A stretch of 64,000 nucleotides of DNA from NCBI RefSeq assembly GCF_902652985.1, contig NC_047030.1:21762001-21826000 (forward strand), given 5' to 3'. The position numbers and the translations under genes were made by a program. The notes under the pieces were generated by a model. The model did not search any database, had not been told where the DNA came from, and was given only the letters and a program-made list of their open reading frames with translations. Source of the DNA: Pecten maximus. Lineage: Eukaryota. Each line of letters starts with the position of its first letter. Positions within the stretch are counted from its first letter, which is position 1. Shown here in pieces: positions 14,403 through 27,800 of this stretch.

Positions 14403-17400
14403 TCAGTTGATGACCCCGTTTGGGTCTGCCCTAGCCTCTGTGTAGTCCAGGGGTGAAGGCTGGTTCAGGACCTCACTATCAACCAATGGCTGGTTGACGA
14501 GAGTGTCAAAGTCTCTCATTCCGTAGTACTTAAACTGAAAGAGCAGCTGGTAAAAGTCAAGGAAAGTTCACTTTCATACTATAGTCTGTGTAACTGTACA
14601 CATGAATTGGTTGGTTCCTAAATGACTCGCAGAACTAAATCAGCCAATCAGCTTCTGTTTCACCTGAACCAAGTTCCTAACGAAAATGTATTTCTGAGGT
14701 TTGTTGCTATTTTCTTGAGTAATTAACATAGGGAAATTCCCGGAATAGGTACTTCCTGTACACGAGAATATCAAGTAATGTCTTAAGACTTGTAATTTCC
14801 ACTTCTCTCCTACTGAAAATAGAATGATGTATGACTACAGGTGAAACAAGTGCAATCAATGATTGCGAAAGCTCACTGGCGGCAGCAATCACACTATGCA
14901 TTCATTTTTTATGTACATGTATGTGGATGTATAAACCAAATAAGAAGGGTGTGGACTTACAAGCTTTCCAAAACTTACCCCCAAAATCACAATTTTTTTC
15001 TGCATGATTTTGCCAAAACATCACTCCTGGACCTCTAATGAATGCATAAACCAAATTAGAAGGGTGTGAGGTGTATACTTTTGGACTTAGAAGCTTTCCA
15101 AAAACTGATCCCAAAAACTTTAAAGTGGGGTGGGACGTCGACGCCGGGGTTCAGCATTAGCTCACGGTTACTCGTAATCGGTGAGCTAAAAAGGCCGGAA
15201 TTTTCCAGGTGGGGGTCCCCTTTCCACTCTAAATGTTAGGGCTACTGTCTTTCAAGTACCTGTGTGCACTTATTTGCCATTAAACCTATACAATCACATC
15301 ATTTGTCAGGTAGCAAAAAAAAAAAATTTAATTGGATATAACTTCCCATCATTTAAACTTCAAATGAGCGATTGAGCGGATTGGATTATAGGAGAAATAA
15401 GTATTAAGTGGGATTATAGGAGGAAGAATTATACTTGGGATTCTAGATAACTCACTGATAATATAATCCAGACCAACAGTTAAAAGGATACAGAAAGATC
15501 GAGAAAGATGACTCCGAGACTGCCAACTAGCCAGGGCAGGTGGTGTAGGACAAAGTCTCCGTCCAGCGAGCGCACAAGGATGGACAAACCATATGTAATG
15601 TTTCCAACGACTGCCAGAACAAACATCAGTACTGATAGACCCTCTGTCGACTTCCTCTTGTACTGATGACAAACAACAGATAAAACATGATTGTCTCCCT
15701 TGGAAATGTTGCTCAGTTACTGTTGATCATCTCATTTAAAAATAATTAGATGTAAATTATTGTGTTTATTCATGAGGAATCATTTGTAAATGTCTAATTT
15801 TTTTCTATTATTATTAGAAAGTGTAAGTAATGGAAATGAATACATTGTATTCAACATAATTGTTCAGTATTTATTTGCATCTGAAACTAACTCAGCATCA
15901 TTCTCAAAAACCAGATATATTATGTATCATTACACATACCCGTTTTCATAATATCTATTTGTGTTCAGTCCAATACAAAGAATCCACTTTATTTTTCCCA
16001 TGATTACAGTTTGAATTTGAAATGTGTTTAACAGCTTAATTACCTCTAATGAAAACCTACACATCAAAATAACTTCTCCGATAATTGTACTTTTTACAGC
16101 TATATTTCCTCTCATACTCACATTTTTATATATCTGCGAGAGTCGAGACCCAACGTAGAAGATACTTGACACTATTCCAATGGCATACCCTGACTCATCC
16201 CGGATGTTCTGAAATAACACAGAATTATCAATGGAAGTTTAGATATCTGGGCCTAGTTGTTCAAATGGTGATCAGGCTAATCACAGTTTAACAAGTGTAA
16301 AGTCCTGATAAAATCATTTCTGGTAAACTTAACTTGACTAAATTTTACGACAACTCTAGCACACTTCAGTCTCTTCCTACCTGCTTATTTAAGAATAGTT
16401 TTGACACTGGTTTTGACACTGGTTTTGACGTAAAGGAGAAATATGATATTCACTAATCAAGTGCTTCAGCTAATCACCTTTTGAACAACTGGGCCCAGAC
16501 ATACATGTAGGTGTTAAACAAGAGGTCCTTTAGGTCTGTAAGGTTTTATGTACACCTCCACAAAAGTCAATAATTGTATAATATCTGTCAATGGAAGCAT
16601 GTGTACAATTCAATGTGAATCATGTACAATATAACCTTAATCTAGGTGTTGCTGTTCGTTCAGATTTCGGTTGTAAAACAAACCGTTCGGTACATTGGCC
16701 TGTAAAGTGATCAGTGCATATTGTATATCATAAAATCTAACAATAAAACAATCAAGTTGAACAAACTTTGAAAAGGCCTCTGTTTTTTTACACAAATCAT
16801 TTATAAAAACAATAATCATACATCAAAATAATCATATGGAAAATTTTAAGTTCAGAATTTCCACAGAATGTAAGCACAACAATTTTGCCGAGACTGAGAC
16901 CGGAACCTCTATGTGGATCTGGTGCTTACTTTGAAGAACTGGACATGAGTGAGGTTGACGGACATAAGCTGTCTACTGCCAGGCCTTGGTATATGGATTG
17001 TACTTCCAGGGATATTCGGTATGCCCCGCCACCTGGACATGATGGCCCCTAGGGTGTTGACTGAGAGGAATGCCCCGGCAAAACACAGAACTATCCGGGC
17101 AGGACCACTAGGCTGTACTTCCTTGTCCACTGGAAATGTAACACTTTACAATGAAACCAGGACCATTATCATATAATTATCATCTCTGGTTCCACATTAC
17201 AATGCTCATTAACCAAAGATAACGGTCTCATTTTTGTGCTTCTTCCTCTACTTACATTTTGAGCATTTTTACTTCCATATTTTGTAATACAGGTTCTTAC
17301 ACTTTAAGCATTTCCACTTCCATATTTGGTAATACAAATATGTACTTACACTTAAAAGTGTTTCCACTTCCATATTTGGTAATACAGGTACTTACACTTT

Positions 17401-18858
17401 GAGCGTTTCCACTTCCATATTTGGTAATACAGGTACTGACAAAACAGTACGGCATCAGCAAACACAAAGTATACAGCAAGGTAAATCTGGAACAAATATT
17501 GATAGATATATAGGGCTAGTTAATAGGTCAAGGTCAGGTCATCCTCAGAACAGATTGTAGGGGTTTACAATAAAGTAAACCTGGAATAGATACATAGGTC
17601 AAGGTCATGACATTTTCTGTACAGATTTTAGGGGTTTACAGCAAGATAACCTGGAACCATTAAACATCCTATTTTTAGTGTTTCTGAAATTATGAATTAT
17701 TAAAAGAAGAGACCTGTAGGCTTTAACAGTGCATGTATCTGACTATAATAACACAGTAAATGTAGCCATGTAACAGCTGATTTTAATCAGATTACACAGA
17801 CACATACTGGAATGTGTATATACTTATATTGAAAGGATGTTGAACAATGCCTAATTTCATGAGTGCATTGTTGGAACTTTTCAAATTCTACAGATCCTCC
17901 TAGTCAGTTGACCCAATAACTTCATAATAGTAAATCAAACCTGTAATGGCAGCTGATTGGTTAGAATTGAACCAATGAGATTGGTCGCATCTCCCAACGT
18001 CCATTGTAGAATGAGTAAAATGGATATTCCTTCCACACCACGGATATTCCGACAATTCATCACCATTTGTCTGTAAAGTAGAGTAAATATTTAACACAAT
18101 TTGTCTGTAAAGTAGAGTAAATATTTAACACAGTGTTCCATGATTCTTCTATAACAAGTGGGTAGTATGGCGACTATTCACAATACTACAAAGGTATCCG
18201 AACCAGTCTTCATAGTCTTAAAGGTGTCCCTAGCAAAATACTAATGATTTCATACTGATAGGACCTCAGGTTTGAATGATGGAGTAAACCTGTTTCTACA
18301 TTTACATTTACTGCTTTTCACTATCCCTCATTAAGACTCACCTTAACCATGTACAGCTCACCTTATATATGGCCTCAGTTTCATCAATGCTCTTTAACTT
18401 AGGGAAATTTCTTAACTTAAAGTCTCCCAAAGGAAAGCATTAATGGATTTAAAGTTTAAAATCTTATTTAAAGAGCGTTCCTTTTATGTGGTTATGCTTT
18501 CTCGAGGAAAAGTTAAGGATATACTTTTCAATCAGGAATATTGAGGAACCCAGGGCCAAGCACACTGCAATAGCAAATACATGTAAAGTAAAATATTTAT
18601 ATTTCTGTACAGGAAACTGTCTCTGAATACATATATCCATGGTACTTACGGAATACTGACAATCATCCAGGATACAAGGGACAAAAGGCCAAGGATATCG
18701 GAGGCCACATCCTGGTTGTTATGGACACAGTCTCGAAGGATAACCCACGGCCACTGGACACTACAGTTATTGTTGGGCAGAGACTTATTGGCGACATTTT
18801 CCCAGTGGCTCCAGTGGTCGTCTGACGAGCCAAACATCCAGGGGTACAGCCCAGGCAT
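14403..18858 (-). CDS. SLC66A1: PQ-loop lysosomal cationic amino acid transporter (PQLC2/SLC66A1/LAAT-1-like), ~343 aa, 7 coding exons
   Basis: Exons on the minus strand: 18858-18650, 18070-17941, 17486-17396, 17129-16930, 16208-16122, 15662-15492, 14546-14403; 1032 nt, phases consistent. Translation shows SIPQMVMN..GISILLILQWTLGDATNLIGSILTNQLPLQ, YVGSRLSQIYKNYKRKSTEGLSVLMF..GNITYG, HHLPWLVGSLGVIFLD, and a C-terminal NQPLV dileucine-like motif, all typical of the PQLC2 family. Confidence 0.9.
14547..15491 (-). other. U12-type GT-AG intron (last intron) of the PQLC2-like gene
   Basis: Minus-strand 5' site GTATCCTTT at 15491; branch site TTCCTTGAC (14564-14556) followed by TTTTACCAG; joins ..FLDLS to LLFQFKYY in frame. 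Confidence 0.9.
14900..15191 (-). mobile_element. HINE-like fragment inside the U12 intron
   Basis: TAGCTCACGGTTACTCGTAATCGGTGAGCTAAAA terminal hairpin plus a duplicated internal unit. Confidence 0.5.
16247..16498. mobile_element. MITE with ~28-bp TIRs (PIF/Harbinger-like)
   Basis: CTGGGCCTAGTTGTTCAAATGGTGAT ... ATCACCTTTTGAACAACTGGGCCCAG. Confidence 0.7.
17250..17434. repeat. Four 45-49-bp tandem copies of an exon end plus donor site
   Basis: Unit ACTTACACTTTGAGCGTTTCCACTTCCATATTTGGTAATACAGGT. Confidence 0.9.
18371..18557. mobile_element. Degenerate MITE
   Basis: Imperfect TIRs GGCCTCAGTTTCATCAAT / ATTGAGGAACCCAGGGCC. Confidence 0.45.
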
Positions 18859-21499
18859 GGTTGATAGAGCAGTAGGATGAAAACAGGATTACAGGTCTGG
18901 TACTGGGCTGGCAGTCTAAGATACCAGACTGGTTCTGTGGCTTAAGTATAACGTAAGGTTCCTTGTCTGGGATACCTTTCTCATCTCACCGATTTCAAAC
19001 CAAGGACTACACAGGAAAACCTAGAATTAAAGTTTTGAAAAATGAATAAAAATGGGTCATCAAGGAAAGAAATCAGCAATTAGATGGTGGCAAAATCTTA
19101 ATGGATAGGATATCAAAATGTATTCAACACAAATTCTGGTATATTCCCACACCAAATACCACACTCTGTTTACACATCTAGACCTTCTTTTTACATTTTA
19201 AACATGATTTTAAATACTTGTTGCTGTATGCATACTTTTCAACTTTTCAAAATTTGAAATGGGGAAGAAAACTTGTAACAAAAATAGATATTGTCTTCCA
19301 AGTCTATAATATATCCTCTTCCTGACACAATAGTGTTGCAAAATTAATTTATAAAATATCCATTAAGAAATCTACACAAAAATCTCAAACATAAGGTAAT
19401 TGTATAATCCTTTTGAGACAGAATTGATATGTCAATTTAAAACCCTGGAAGGCAAATAGATAACAGAGATTCAAATCTTACACCTTACTGCAGTTAAGGA
19501 CTATCTATCTATGTCTCCCACACCTGTCTAATCTATCCCTAGGCTACAGGGAGATCACTGCTGGGCCTACACGGTCATTATTGGTGTTTAAGACCTACTG
19601 TGGGGATGTGGCAGATATCTCAGAAAATTCTAATACAAGTAAGTGAAATTGTCAATTATATTCCTAAAATGTTTGATTTTAAATAATTTTATTATCTTTC
19701 TAGATAAAAGAAGTTATTTAATTCTCATCATTATGGGACTACCTTAAACCAAAAATGTCTGATGTTACCGGTATCTTTTGTGTTGCATAATCTGATACAG
19801 GTACATGCTAACCTTACACTACAAAATACAGAAATGTCTATTATTCCTAGAATGTGGTATACATTTTCATAAAAACTTATGTTACTGCACTTTATTTGCA
19901 CCCAACCTGCTATCTGTATCAGGTAGTCATTCAACGCTCTTATCTACCTAGTTTACCTAAGCAGTCTATATCTGCATAAAATGGGGAAAATGTATTTCCA
20001 TGAAAATTGTGAAGATATTCAATCTATTTCTTCACTTAGGGCATATAACACATTTTTGTTGCTAGTCATATGGCTATTGAGGAAACCACTTGATTTAGTC
20101 TGAAAACAACAAACAATAAAACTGCTGTTTATACATATTTGTCAGTGTGATTGTGCACATTACATAAGCTTACCTGTTATGAAAATAAATTCAATAATGC
20201 AAATTGGAGCTAACACTGCATGTAGATTTCCTTTAGTTCAATTATGATTTTACAACTTTTCACATAATTTAATTAAGTTTAATTAATATGTACGACATTT
20301 GGCTTTAGATGTGCACATTCAGCACTTTTACCATGTAATTTTAATATATCGATAATGTTACTTCAAAACTTGAGGGTATTGAAACTGTTACACAATGAGT
20401 GAAAGAAATATGGAGATATTCAAAATTGAAAGGAATTTTGATACAAAAATATAGAGAGAAATTATAACTTTTAGGAAAATTTGGTAAACATATTTCTATT
20501 GCTTAAATTTGGCATTGTTTGTCCTCATAACAACATATATGTCATATAAGGACATGGTGGGCGAGGTTATCAAAGAAAACTAAGGCAGTGGTAAGAATTA
20601 TGACCATAAAATTCTAAGAAATTTAATGTACTGTTGTGGCAACCAAACACCAAACAAAGCTACAATATCTTCCTGGTTTGTGGGGTGCAGGTTATATTTA
20701 GAAGTCACACCTTAGCTGTGGTTGAAACACTGCCAATTTCTCACAACAGAAGAAATAAATACACATGTTTATATATTATATAGTATAGCTTGTAAAGATG
20801 ATTTAGCAGTTAAATAGAGAATATTTATCAATTAATTTAATGAAATATGTTGACCGTGAATGTGCAATATTTTCGCTATAAGCCTATATCATTGTATAAC
20901 ATATAATCACCTGGAGATTTTACCTGGAGTTTTTACCTGGGGTTATATACCATGGATATCTGATTGATTGTAGCCCCATTTTATAGGACATTGATCCTGC
21001 AATAAAGGGCTGGAAGTGTCACATTCTTTCTACAGATATAGATATGTCATAAATTACAGTGGTAATGTATATAATTATATACTAATATGGCCTTACTGAG
21101 GCCACAAAAAGGGGCACTCTGTCTTAAAAAATATCACAAACAAAAAATGGTATGGATCATGTGCTCATATTTCACCTTTGAAGATGGGCACTATTGGTCT
21201 CATAGTAAAATTAAAACTGAAAATATGTCATGTCAGCCACTGACATTTGATGTAATTCAGGAAAATTACATAATGTGTTAAGTGTTCAAAATCAGTTGGA
21301 AAAAATATCAGTTTAGGACTGGTAAACTATCAGGTTATATAAATGGTTGATCTAAGTGTCACATTAAAAATTTTCTCATAAGATTTTAATGTTGCTCAAT
21401 TTTAATATTCACCATATATCCATTATATTTTGTCTATCAGCCTGAATTCAATTTCTTTACATTTGACATACATTTTTCTGACCCCATTAACAAAGAAAA

Positions 21500-22255
21500 T
21501 AAAAGATCCAAGAGGGGTGATTTTAATGGATCTATGTGTATGTAAGTCTGATCTTCAGACTACTTTTCTCATCTTCCTATCACTCTTTTATTGAAATCAA
21601 AGGGAGCCTACATTTGAAATGTAAGAAAGGTCATTAACTCTACCAAATGATGATAACAAACTTCAACTTATATGAAGAAATTTCTGAGAATAGCAGTAAC
21701 AAACTTCACTTGCTTTCTGATCAGTTTCAAAATTAAGAATTTAAGAAATAGCCTTATTTAACTTCAACTGTCAAAATTTAAAATGGCCAATCAGTCTTCA
21801 AATTGAATACCAGTATGCAAAACTAGGGATGAAGACCAAGGGAAACCTATATACAAAAAAATGTAATAAGAATAAGAAAGATCCATGAAGAACTGTCAGG
21901 GAAATAGCGATAACACACTTCAAAATCACTGCATGCAATTAATCTCAAAATTTAACAGGCAAAACTAGTGACCAAGGGGGACCTAGGTACTCTTCAACTT
22001 TGAGAAATATCCTTCCTGTACTTCTCCAGAAATAGTGATTATAATTGTCAACTGTCAGCCATTTTGTTTCCCCATTAGACTCAAAATTGAACAGGCAGAG
22101 CAAAGGACCAAGGGGAACCTTCATAATATTATGAAGTTTGAGAAATATTCATTCAGCACTTCTCAAGAAAGAATTATAGAAATGATTGTTAATGGATGGA
22201 CGGACAACGGATAACTGACCAGACGCAGGGTGATTTTAATAGGCCACCATCATCA
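21500..22255 (-). mobile_element. Old, decayed copy of the HINE family seen at 52325-54137
   Basis: GACGCAGGGTGATTTTAATAGGCCACCATCATC is close to the reverse complement of that element's head; internal ACCAAGGGGAACCT..TTTGAGAAA matches its monomer. Confidence 0.7.
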
Positions 22256-24391
22256 ATTCACAATAATTGTTTGCTGATATCTAAAATCTATTTTGCCAAT
22301 TACTTGCTATAACTGTAAAACAGAGAAACAACGGACTACTTTCATATAAACATTGACCATCGTAGTAGTACAATAGAAACTTGACCAGTCTAGATCCTGA
22401 AATTTACAACAGTGTCCAATCACAACAAGCTCAGGATAAGATGATTTTCTTTTATTACCATTGAATGGTTTCACATCCAGAACTTTGGGCTTCATCAGGA
22501 TGACGAAGTTACAAAATGTCACTCATAGTACTAAAATTACATAATTAAATTCCACGTACACAATGTTTTGTCCCCAAAGATAAACCTGTTTGCGATCCGC
22601 TGTTTTCATTTCAGTTCCGTCACTTAAGTTACTTATTTATTTTAATTTTTATTTGGCGAATTGTTTTAACTGTTATTTTTGTTGGCGGCATAACATAATA
22701 TCTAATTTTGTACTTTGGGTCGAACCGTCTAATGTGCTGTGAAACATTGTGATAGAAAAGAAGTCTATGGGTAAACATCGGACATTCAACATTGCAGACG
22801 GACAGATAGAGCGAGATCACACACTATTTAAAGAGTGATTTGAAAGCCATCAATTGGACATATCAACTCATTATCATCACTTGTAATTCAGTCCATTTGA
22901 ATGTTATCAAAAAAATGTGCACAGGACCTGGACAGGAAGTAAACCTTATCACCACAGGGACTTTGCACAAATCCACAACCCACAGTCCATATGTATTATG
23001 GTATCAAGGGAAGTAACTCCCTGGTAGAGAAAACCAGAAAATGAATTTTTTAAATTGTACTTTTTATATATCATGGGTTGTGAATCCCACTTAATTATAA
23101 GTCAACATAAAGAGAAATGTTTCATCTTTCCAACAAGTTTTCCTTACAAAGAAATTGGGCAAAAATGGAGCAAGTTATGACATAAGGAATTTGAAAAAAG
23201 TAGATGGATTAGACTGCTTAGACATCACCCTGTCAGCTCGAGTGTGAACTCTGTCGCAAAAGGGTTGCTAATTATCAAGGGCAAGTACATTGATTTTACG
23301 CTTGTTGTGTGCTGTTAATTATACAAGACAGAGTTCAACTACTTTACTGAGATATTGTCATGACCAATCGGTGGTGTGGAAATCATGTTGAAATCAAGAA
23401 AAAACTTATATTTTTGACTTACACTGTCATGTTAGCTTTCTAATTTCTATTCCAATTTTCGTTTGGTAAAAAAACAATTTTTGAAAATAAATCTCTGCCA
23501 ATGAACACTAAATAAGTTTTTACTAAGAGAATCATATAGTAAAGATAGAACACAAGATCATTCCATATTTTTTGAAAGGTGGACAATTATTTATCTAATT
23601 GAAGTGGTATCCCTGATTGGTTTTCTCTACCAGTGAGTTACGGCCGGCCTTGATTCTAAAATGTATATATTATTATTATTATATATGGACTGTGGGTTAG
23701 GAATTCATAGTCATACCCTGACTGTGTTCATCGTCGCCCTATGTACCCAGTTGCAGAAGCTGAGTGACAGTATTATAACTAAGGACTGTTTTAGGCCCTA
23801 GTGACCTGCTCCTTTTACACAATACACAAACATTGCGCCACCCAGGCCAGTCAATGCGATACTTGCATGTATCATAGTTCCATTAAATCAAGAGATGCTG
23901 TCAATTAATGAAGAGATGCTGTTTATACTTACCTGTATAATATAGTGCAGCAGCAGCAGTCAGTGTTAAATCTATCAATCTGGTTCTATACTTATTTAGA
24001 CTGAATGATATCGGATGGACAATGCATTACTCAATGTCACATTAAAAAGGGACCCACTAGGTTCAAGTACTTGAACATGTGACACTGCGGAGTTAGCCGA
24101 ACGAATGTTCATCTACTTACATGTACACATATATCGTTGGGGTATCGTGATCAGTTTCACTGTATGGCATAATAGGGACAAAGATTAAGGACTGGGCTTG
24201 GCCTAGAGTGGCTGTCCAAATGAATACCCAAAGTCAAGCGAAATGGGATGAAAACTAGTCCTATTCAGTTAAAGCATTGTACTGAGTTTTCAGTACAGAT
24301 AATGTATAAACAAACAGACGACCGCTTATTGTGTTGGTGTCACCGTTTGGATTTGTATTTTAATAAGCGATATAGATCGTACCGTACTTAC

Positions 24392-24669
24392 TCATCTTTT
24401 ATAATATTCAGTCCACAAACCCTGCCGAAGAATTCAGCTGTAATGTGTTTTGCGAATAGAGTGTTCGTTCTCACGCCTAGAAGACTTCTACTTCTAGGAC
24501 GCCATTTTCTATGACCTTTGACCCGACCGAAATTTCTCGGTGATTCACGGAAACACCCGAGTGTTAAGCCGTCTCCTTGCAGACCTAAATAGGTAGCCAT
24601 ATTTTTCTTATTCGATTACAATCTTCCGCCATCTTGTACTCAAACATACACATTTAATTAATTGGACCT
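24392..24669. promoter_or_regulatory. Probable bidirectional promoter with non-coding first exons of both genes
   Basis: CpG-rich island with YY1-type motifs CGCCATTTT (24500-24508) and CGCCATCTT (24627-24635). A + strand donor GTAAGT at 24670 is followed by an acceptor at 24730. A - strand donor GTAAGT lies at 24391, with further - strand UTR exon candidates 24000-23933 and 19020-18859. TSSs cannot be determined. Confidence 0.6.
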
Positions 24670-24803
24670 GTAAGTATGAAAGTTGAACATTTAATCTTAA
24701 TATTTCATATGTTTGTTTCCTTCTATATAGGAGACAGTGCTTGGAAACAAGCCTCCGAAGGGTCCTTACCCAAGGACTTCATCGCTTCCCTTTTCACGCT
24801 GAA

Positions 24804-27800
24804 ATGAATGTGCAGAAGGTGAAACCAACAGTTTCAGCTGCTGTTCAGATACCAGGACACTCACAACCAAGGAACATTGTGTATCCTTTACCGATTGTTG
24901 ATATAGTTGGATAATTGGAATCGTATTTAACGTATTCTGCGCAGTTACTTATCGTAACAGCTGCCGGTAAGTCCAACAAGGGGTCTAGTTTCCAAGGAAA
25001 ATCCCAAGCAACATGTGTCGAATTTTCAAGTTGACTTAAAGTGAAATATGTCTTACAAAGAAAAATACGAGAAGTTATAATAGTTGTTTCTAATTCTACA
25101 TTGATTGCTGTTCATTTTTTGTACCAGTTTCTTTAAATTCGACTAAAAAATGATGAGATGTAGGCGGGGCCATGTTTTGGTATGTGGTGCGTGTATGTGA
25201 CGAAACGGGCCACATGTGCCAGTCTACGTCGGACTTCCTGGATCTTGAAAATTGTAGAAATTGTTCGGATGTATATCCGAAATTTGCCTCTTACACGCAC
25301 TGCCTAATCGTAGTAAATGGCAAAATATTTTTACACGTGGGGCCAGGCAATCGAGACAGGAAATGTAGCCGGCTGGGTCATGCGTACACGGCATGGCCGA
25401 CCACGTTCAATGATGGCCGATATTGAAACATAGTAGACTACGGCACGTAATTTACATATCGATTTCTTTGTTATGTCTAGGTTTATCCAGAAATATTTAC
25501 GATGTTAATTAATTAAATGTATTTACAATTAATAAAAAAGCACATCTAAGTTCTTTTTGTTTAAACTGTTTTGGGATTTCTTATCGTGGGAACTGGAAGT
25601 TCCTGCATTCTATGACGTTATTTATAAACGTGTGTACTGTATATGTCAATGAGTCACGAGTTCACATTTATAAGCATGATGTATACGTAGTACAAAGGAT
25701 TCTGAAAGTCTTTGTCTGGCAAAAATGTTTTCTCACAAATATCGTAGAAAACTGGAGAAAGGTAAGGTTAATTTTATGTGAAAGTTCCATGATCAATGTT
25801 ACAGGTCAGTCACAATTTCCATGTAGGATTGAAAACTGAAGAATGGAAAACCATATAGATGCCTTTAGCAAATTTATTTACATTTTGAGTTAAATTAATT
25901 GATAAACCATTGAATAAGAGCATGTTTTATCAGTATCATTAAAACTGGCTGTTGAAACGACTTTTCTGTCTAGACAAATGTACGAGCTACTTCATAATGT
26001 GGTATCCAGGTACTTCCCTAAAAAAATCCTCATAATATGTCCATGTATGAAGGATAAATCATGTTAACATCCTGGTATGGGATAATTCATGTAGGAAGTA
26101 ATCAAATGACTCGATGGATCCAAGAAAATACACATTCTTGGGTTTGCACAATCACAAGAATCTTCAGACTTAGTTATAGCTTAGGTAGCTATACTTAAAA
26201 TAAAGTGTTATTTCGGGGATATGATTTGACACAGGCACAGATGTGATGATTCCTGAACTAGTTTTGGGCAACAATCCAGTATGTCAAAATGTGAGAACAT
26301 TTTTAAATGAAGGCATATAAACTGTTTTACATTTAGCAACACTAGGCCCTGTTTTACCAATGCCAACAAACCAAATTGTTCAGAAATAGATATTTATTCA
26401 TTTTAAAGCCAAAATCCAAAAATCTGCTGTGTATTCCTGAAAATTCTTTTCGTAAGTAACTCGTAAAGAAGCCCCTAACCCAGATGAGCGGAAAAACAAA
26501 ATCTGGAACTAAACTACTTCAGTATACTATAGGCAAGATGTATGTGAATGGTAACAACTGTTAGCACTGAAAGATAGTGCAGGTGCTTACTATGGAGAGT
26601 TTTCAAAACTGATCATTTGTTTTTAGGGGTTTAACATCCACTTATCAGCTGGGGTCATATGAGGACGTTCAGTATTGTAGTATTGTATGCCGCATTAAAA
26701 GAAAGAACACACTACTTGACCAGAATGTTTTGTTTATTATCATCATAGAGATAATGAGGGGGAGCAAATTGACAGAAATGACCCAAGAATGAAAGTTGTT
26801 TAAAAAAAAAACCGGTTCAGCATGGTACTATCCTTCACTTTGTGTCAAATGTTTCGAGTCAAAAGTTTTTGTAACAAGGTACAGACAAGGTTTTTGACTG
26901 TGGCTCGAGTCATGAGACATGACAGTAAGACCGTTACTTTTCCAGCAACATCCTCAACGTTTCACTTTTCTTTTTTCTTTCTCTTCTTTTTTTTTTGTTG
27001 TATTTTGAAAGTTGAATTTTAACCAAATATGATAATAGTTGTGAACAGCCATTGAAATGCAGACTTGTTAAGATTTTAATGGACTAGGAAATTTATTAGT
27101 GTAACCTGGTAAGTTTGACTTCCACGTTTTTTGTTTATCATGGTTTTTTTCAAAAGAAAGTGAAAGTACTACATATTCCAAGTAAACCTGGCATAGAATT
27201 ACATTGTAGTATAGAGATCTTAACCTAACAATGGATTGTTTCTGTTTCTTTGGAAATGGATTGTTTCTGTTTCTTTGGAATTAAATGGCTCCAATTTTAA
27301 GAAATCCATTGCTCAAGATTTTAATATTTCTCGTATTTGCTTAAATAAAGTTGGTTATATTAAGTACTGTATTATATCAGACTGATTTTCTTGTAATTTC
27401 TCGAGGAATATTCCAGTGGTAAAATGTTGTATTTGGAGAAATTTCAATCTCGCCGCAAACTTGTTTTCTATTGAAACAAATGCACATGTAAGTTGAACTT
27501 GTTGGAATTTTTTCTTAGATGAGTGAAATGTTTTGGTGAAAATGTTATATTAGGTGAATTCACAGTATTAATGATTTTGTGGAAGTTGGCCTTTGATTGC
27601 AATATGAAAAAGAATTATGTGTATGATTTAGTTTGACCTTCAGAGGACAAAGGTTAACTTTGACTTAAAATTCGTTAAAGAATTGAGAGAACCTGCCATA
27701 ATTGGTAATAACATGTAGATTTGATATTTCTAATGATAAAAAATAAATTTAGTGTTTATCAACAAGAGTCATTTTGACATTTATATTGATGTTATATTGA

